A program made the position numbers and the translations under genes. From an uncultured virus (IMG/VR IMGVR_UViG_3300036770_007242) (taxonomy: Duplodnaviria > Heunggongvirae > Uroviricota > Caudoviricetes), in the IMG/VR virus record IMGVR_UViG_3300036770_007242: a DNA stretch of 20,000 nt; one strand, written 5' to 3'. This document shows positions 16,596-20,000 of the stretch, piece after piece. The notes under the pieces are model-generated. The model did not search any database. It was not told the DNA's origin and saw only the letters and a list, made by a program, of their open reading frames with translations. Within the stretch, counting starts at the first letter, position 1; each line of letters begins with the position of its first letter.

Positions 16596-17600
16596 ATGGC
16601 GTTATCTGATGCAAACAAAGCTGCCTTAGCATTTAAGAACACTCAAGGCAAAGCTCATACAGCAACCAACAAAGAACTAGGAAACGAAGAGGAAGAGTTC
16701 CGTTTTATAGTTGGTTCTGACACAGTTTGGCTGTCACAACTTACAGATACACCAGACCCTGCATTAGTTGAACAAATTCAAGCAACACTACTTCCAGACC
16801 CTACATCAAACGGCAAGGCATTTTTCACTTACTATCCTGCTGGGCATTCTAAAGCTGGACAACGTGTTTTAAACACAGTTCCTCATTCTTTCAGTAATGT
16901 ATATGAAGCTGTTATTAGAGCGGCAGATGGAACAAGAATAACAGAGTTCGATGCCCGTGATTGGGTATATCAATACCAACCCGGTATTTTCTTTCAACAA
17001 ACAGCTAATGCGAGTCCTGTTCCAGCAACAGCAACAGTTTACGTTTATAAAGGCCAAACACTACAAAGCTTATTAGATTCTGGAGGTGGGTCTTTAGGTG
17101 GTGGTGCTCAATGGATTGATACAGGAGATGCATTCGAAACAACTGGCTCCGTTGCTATAGCTGGACCAGAAGTTAGAATTGAAGGTATTGATGTTGTTTG
17201 GAACAACGATTTAGTAAATAACTACGCAGTTGACCCATCCAGCACAAAAGAGTTACATCTTGTATCTCATTACGGCATGACAGGTTCTATATTAGACCAT
17301 TATACAATGTTTACTTTAGAGGTTCCAACAACAGGAACAATGGTAGATGCAGATTTTACTCTTCTTGCTAAAAACTCAACTTTTTCACTTCACAGCAGAT
17401 TCAAGTTTTCTCTTTATGTTTTCAACCAAGGCAACGGAACATTATTTGCTAATGACTTAGTACAAACGGTACCGAACATTAACGGTGCTGGATGGAATTT
17501 TAATGCCCGAGTGCAAGACCATAAGCTTTGCATTGATATAACTGGATCTTCTCCTCATTACATCGACTGGACTTTACACAGTAAATTCTTTGTTGGATGA
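16596..17600 (+). CDS. Putative virion structural protein
   Basis: Starts 10 nt after the preceding gene. Has a Gly linker (SGGGSLGGG) and a C-terminal ADFTLLA..RFKFS..WNFN..IDITGS..IDW resembling the shared C-terminal domain. Confidence 0.65.
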   Translation: MALSDANKAALAFKNTQGKAHTATNKELGNEEEEFRFIVGSDTVWLSQLTDTPDPALVEQIQATLLPDPTSNGKAFFTYYPAGHSKAGQRVLNTVPHSFSNVYEAVIRAADGTRITEFDARDWVYQYQPGIFFQQTANASPVPATATVYVYKGQTLQSLLDSGGGSLGGGAQWIDTGDAFETTGSVAIAGPEVRIEGIDVVWNNDLVNNYAVDPSSTKELHLVSHYGMTGSILDHYTMFTLEVPTTGTMVDADFTLLAKNSTFSLHSRFKFSLYVFNQGNGTLFANDLVQTVPNINGAGWNFNARVQDHKLCIDITGSSPHYIDWTLHSKFFVG

Positions 17601-17778
17601 TTTTTCACAAAACATCTATTTTATAGGAATATTTGGAAAAATATTCTTGTGAATAATATTTATAGATTGACCAAGTGGGTTGGTCAATAAATAAAGAATG
17701 CATTGTTTTGTGAAACTAGGTAATCCGATCATAGCTTACAAGACTTTGCATTTTTTGTTTTAAGAGAAGAGGAATATC

Positions 17779-19932
17779 ATGGCTATTATTCAAAAAAGAT
17801 ATGCACATTTGAACCAAGCAGACAGCGGCTCACTCCACAGAAAGCTTGACGCAACTGAAGCATACATCACAGGCTCCCTAACAGCAGCGAGCACACTTTC
17901 AGTAGCAGGCCAAGCAGACTTTGATGACAAGATCGTTGTTGATCTTGATATCACAGGTTCTGCTAACCTCAACATCGCTCTAGAATCAAATCTCCAAGGC
18001 GCAGTTTATGCTGGTGACCTTCTAGATGTTGCTGGCGATGCTGACTTCGCACAAGCAGTTCGCATCACTGGCGAACTCACCGGCAGCGCAGCCGCATTGC
18101 TCTCCTCAACCCTCAAGGTTGATGGTCAAGCAGACATGGTTGACGTGTTGCCACAAGTTGACCTTACCTATGACCTCGGTTCACCAGCAAAACGCTGGGC
18201 AGAACTTCATGCTGGTACAGCAGCATTCACAAACCTTGACGTTGATTACCTCGATGTTGCAGTAACAGCATCAGTAGCACAACTCACAGGTTCAGCTGGT
18301 GCAGTATTCTCAGCTGGCGACGTTCTCGTTCAAGCTGGTAAAGTATCTGCATCAAGCGACGTTGAAGCAGGTGGTGCTCTAACAGTTGCAGGCAACGCAG
18401 ACCTCAACGGTCAACTCGACGTTGCAGCAGCAGCAACTTTCCACTCAACAGTAAGCGCATCAGGCGATGCACAACTTGGTGGAACACTAACAGTTGCAGG
18501 CAACGCAGACCTCAACGGCACAGCAGACGTTGCAGGTAACTTCACAGTTGCATCAACCATGTTCAGCGTTATTGCTGCTACCGGTGACACCTCAATCGCT
18601 GGTGACCTCGTTGTCTCCGGTGACCTCACCGTAATGGGTGACCGTATCGAAGCACAAATCTCCGAACTTCGTATCGAAGACGGTCTAATCACCCTCATGA
18701 GCGGCTCAACAAGCCGTGCAGTATCCGCTGGCGCAGGCGTTGAAGTAGACGTAGGTGATGCAATCAACGGTGCAAGACCAACTCTCGCATTCAGCAATGC
18801 AGAAGATGCATGGACTTCAAACCTTGATTTCAACCCAACCGCAGACCTCACATACGATCTCGGTATTCCAAGCAAACGTTGGAACGAAATCAATGCTGGT
18901 TCAGGTTCATTCGCAGGTCCACTCTCAGCTGCAACAGTATCTGCTTCAGCAGGCATTGAAGGTGGTTCCTTCGCTACAGACGGTACACTAACCGTACAAG
19001 GCGCAGCAGACCTCAATGGTGGCCTAGACGTTGTTGGCTCAATCTCTGCTTCAGCAGACGTAACAGCTGCTTCATTCGCAGCTGACGGCGAAGCACATGT
19101 TGGTACCCTCCTCGTTGATGGTTACGCAGAAGTAAGCGGTGGTCTAGGCGTAGAAGGTGCAGTTTCTGCTTCAGCAGGCGTAACAGCAGCTTCCTTCGCA
19201 GCAGACGGTCTTGCTGACTTCGGTTCACTCCAAGTAGCTGGTACAGCAGACCTCAATGGTGGTCTAAACGTTATTGGTGCAGTATCCGCTTCAGAAGGCG
19301 TAACAGCAGCATCCTTCACAGCAGACGGTCTTGGTGACTTCGGTTCCCTCGACGTAACTGGCAATGCAACACTCACAAGCCTAACAGCTTCAGTTGGTGC
19401 AGAAATCCAAGGTCCACTCTCAGCAAGTGAACTCACCGTTGGTGGCAATGCAGTATTCAATGGTACTGCAACCTTCAATGGTACATTTGCTGTACCAGGA
19501 ACCGGTGACTTCGGTTCACTCGTCGTAGGTGGCATCAACCTATCACCAATCTCTTCTTCAAACCCAGTGTCAACCATGGAAGATGGCCAAACAGTAATGT
19601 TGACACAAACCATCGAAAGCGGCGATATGGCCAAGTTTGAAGTCGAAGTAATCGCTCGTGGCTTGGAAAATGCCGCAGCTTGGAAGATCTCCGTAGCAGC
19701 AATTCAAGACGGCAACGTAATCACCGCAGCTGCAACCGAACTTTCCAAAGAATTCTTTGGTCTTCTCGGTGCTCAACTCGACGTAGATATCAACGTCGTT
19801 GCAGCCGCAGGTGCAGCAGGTCCAGCTATCCAAGTGATTGCTAAGGGTGCCCAAGGTGCAGCCGAAGTATTCTGGGATGCACAAATCGTCAAGAAAATGG
19901 TTCTTGGTGAAATGGGACAACGCAAATACTGA
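17779..19932 (+). CDS. Long fibre-like protein with beta-repeat shaft
   Basis: Two DLTYDLG.P.KRW motifs and GDLVVSGDLTVMG..LRIEDGLITL, which are typical of phage fibre shafts. 36- and 40-aa repeats. N- and C-terminal modules are shared with 6432. SD GAGG. Confidence 0.75.
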   Translation: MAIIQKRYAHLNQADSGSLHRKLDATEAYITGSLTAASTLSVAGQADFDDKIVVDLDITGSANLNIALESNLQGAVYAGDLLDVAGDADFAQAVRITGELTGSAAALLSSTLKVDGQADMVDVLPQVDLTYDLGSPAKRWAELHAGTAAFTNLDVDYLDVAVTASVAQLTGSAGAVFSAGDVLVQAGKVSASSDVEAGGALTVAGNADLNGQLDVAAAATFHSTVSASGDAQLGGTLTVAGNADLNGTADVAGNFTVASTMFSVIAATGDTSIAGDLVVSGDLTVMGDRIEAQISELRIEDGLITLMSGSTSRAVSAGAGVEVDVGDAINGARPTLAFSNAEDAWTSNLDFNPTADLTYDLGIPSKRWNEINAGSGSFAGPLSAATVSASAGIEGGSFATDGTLTVQGAADLNGGLDVVGSISASADVTAASFAADGEAHVGTLLVDGYAEVSGGLGVEGAVSASAGVTAASFAADGLADFGSLQVAGTADLNGGLNVIGAVSASEGVTAASFTADGLGDFGSLDVTGNATLTSLTASVGAEIQGPLSASELTVGGNAVFNGTATFNGTFAVPGTGDFGSLVVGGINLSPISSSNPVSTMEDGQTVMLTQTIESGDMAKFEVEVIARGLENAAAWKISVAAIQDGNVITAAATELSKEFFGLLGAQLDVDINVVAAAGAAGPAIQVIAKGAQGAAEVFWDAQIVKKMVLGEMGQRKY
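19015..19360 (+). repeat. About three 120-nt (40-aa) tandem coding repeats
   Basis: GTAACAGC(T/A)GC occurs at 19060, 19180 and 19300. Unit GGLxVxGAVSASAGVTAASFAADGLADFGSLxV. Confidence 0.9.
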
Positions 19933-19978
19933 TCTTTGATCGGTAAAAGCTGAAAAGCCTAACTGAATAAGGGGTCGG

Positions 19979-20000
19979 GGAGAGGTAGAAATATCTCTCC
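19979..20000 (+). terminator. Hairpin, likely a terminator cut by the window end
   Basis: GGAGAGGTA-GAAA-TATCTCTCC stem with a GAAA tetraloop, downstream of the last gene. The T-tail is not visible. Confidence 0.55.

Noticed and set aside
17790..19920. Several minus-strand and alternate-frame ORFs over the long fibre gene (likewise 1607-2005, 3172-3486, 6689-7186, 13039-13335)
   Set aside because: These are shadow ORFs produced by codon bias of the real genes, with no recognisable motifs.
1..20000. Alternative genetic code (stop-codon reassignment)
   Set aside because: Genes tile densely under the standard code, and TAA, TGA and TAG all end genes at sensible positions.
19929..20000. tRNA or ncRNA at the window end
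   Set aside because: Small hairpins are present, but there is no cloverleaf or T-loop consensus. The region is truncated and best read as a 3' UTR/terminator.

Overview
This AT-rich, gene-dense window looks like part of a large (jumbo-type) dsDNA bacteriophage genome. That origin is inferred from gene content, since no capsid, terminase or portal gene is present. It holds a degenerate GroEL-like chaperonin that has lost its ATP-binding motifs, an Hc1/histone-H1-like protein, a PIN-PhoH protein, a stand-alone Prim-Pol, a DUF6011 zinc-finger protein with HARP-like segments, a compact DnaJ and several small membrane proteins. The most striking structure is seven putative fibre/virion-surface genes (4673-10035 and 14636-19932). 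They are built combinatorially from a small shared kit: two N-terminal modules, two short connector modules, SHAEG repeat blocks and two alternative C-terminal domains. Near-identical DNA patches between paralogues suggest recent exchange. A recurring TA(C/T)TTA element precedes most transcription units and is a candidate phage-specific late promoter, while the DUF6011 and Prim-Pol genes have sigma70-like, apparently leaderless starts. All family assignments come from motif recognition by eye; no searches were run.
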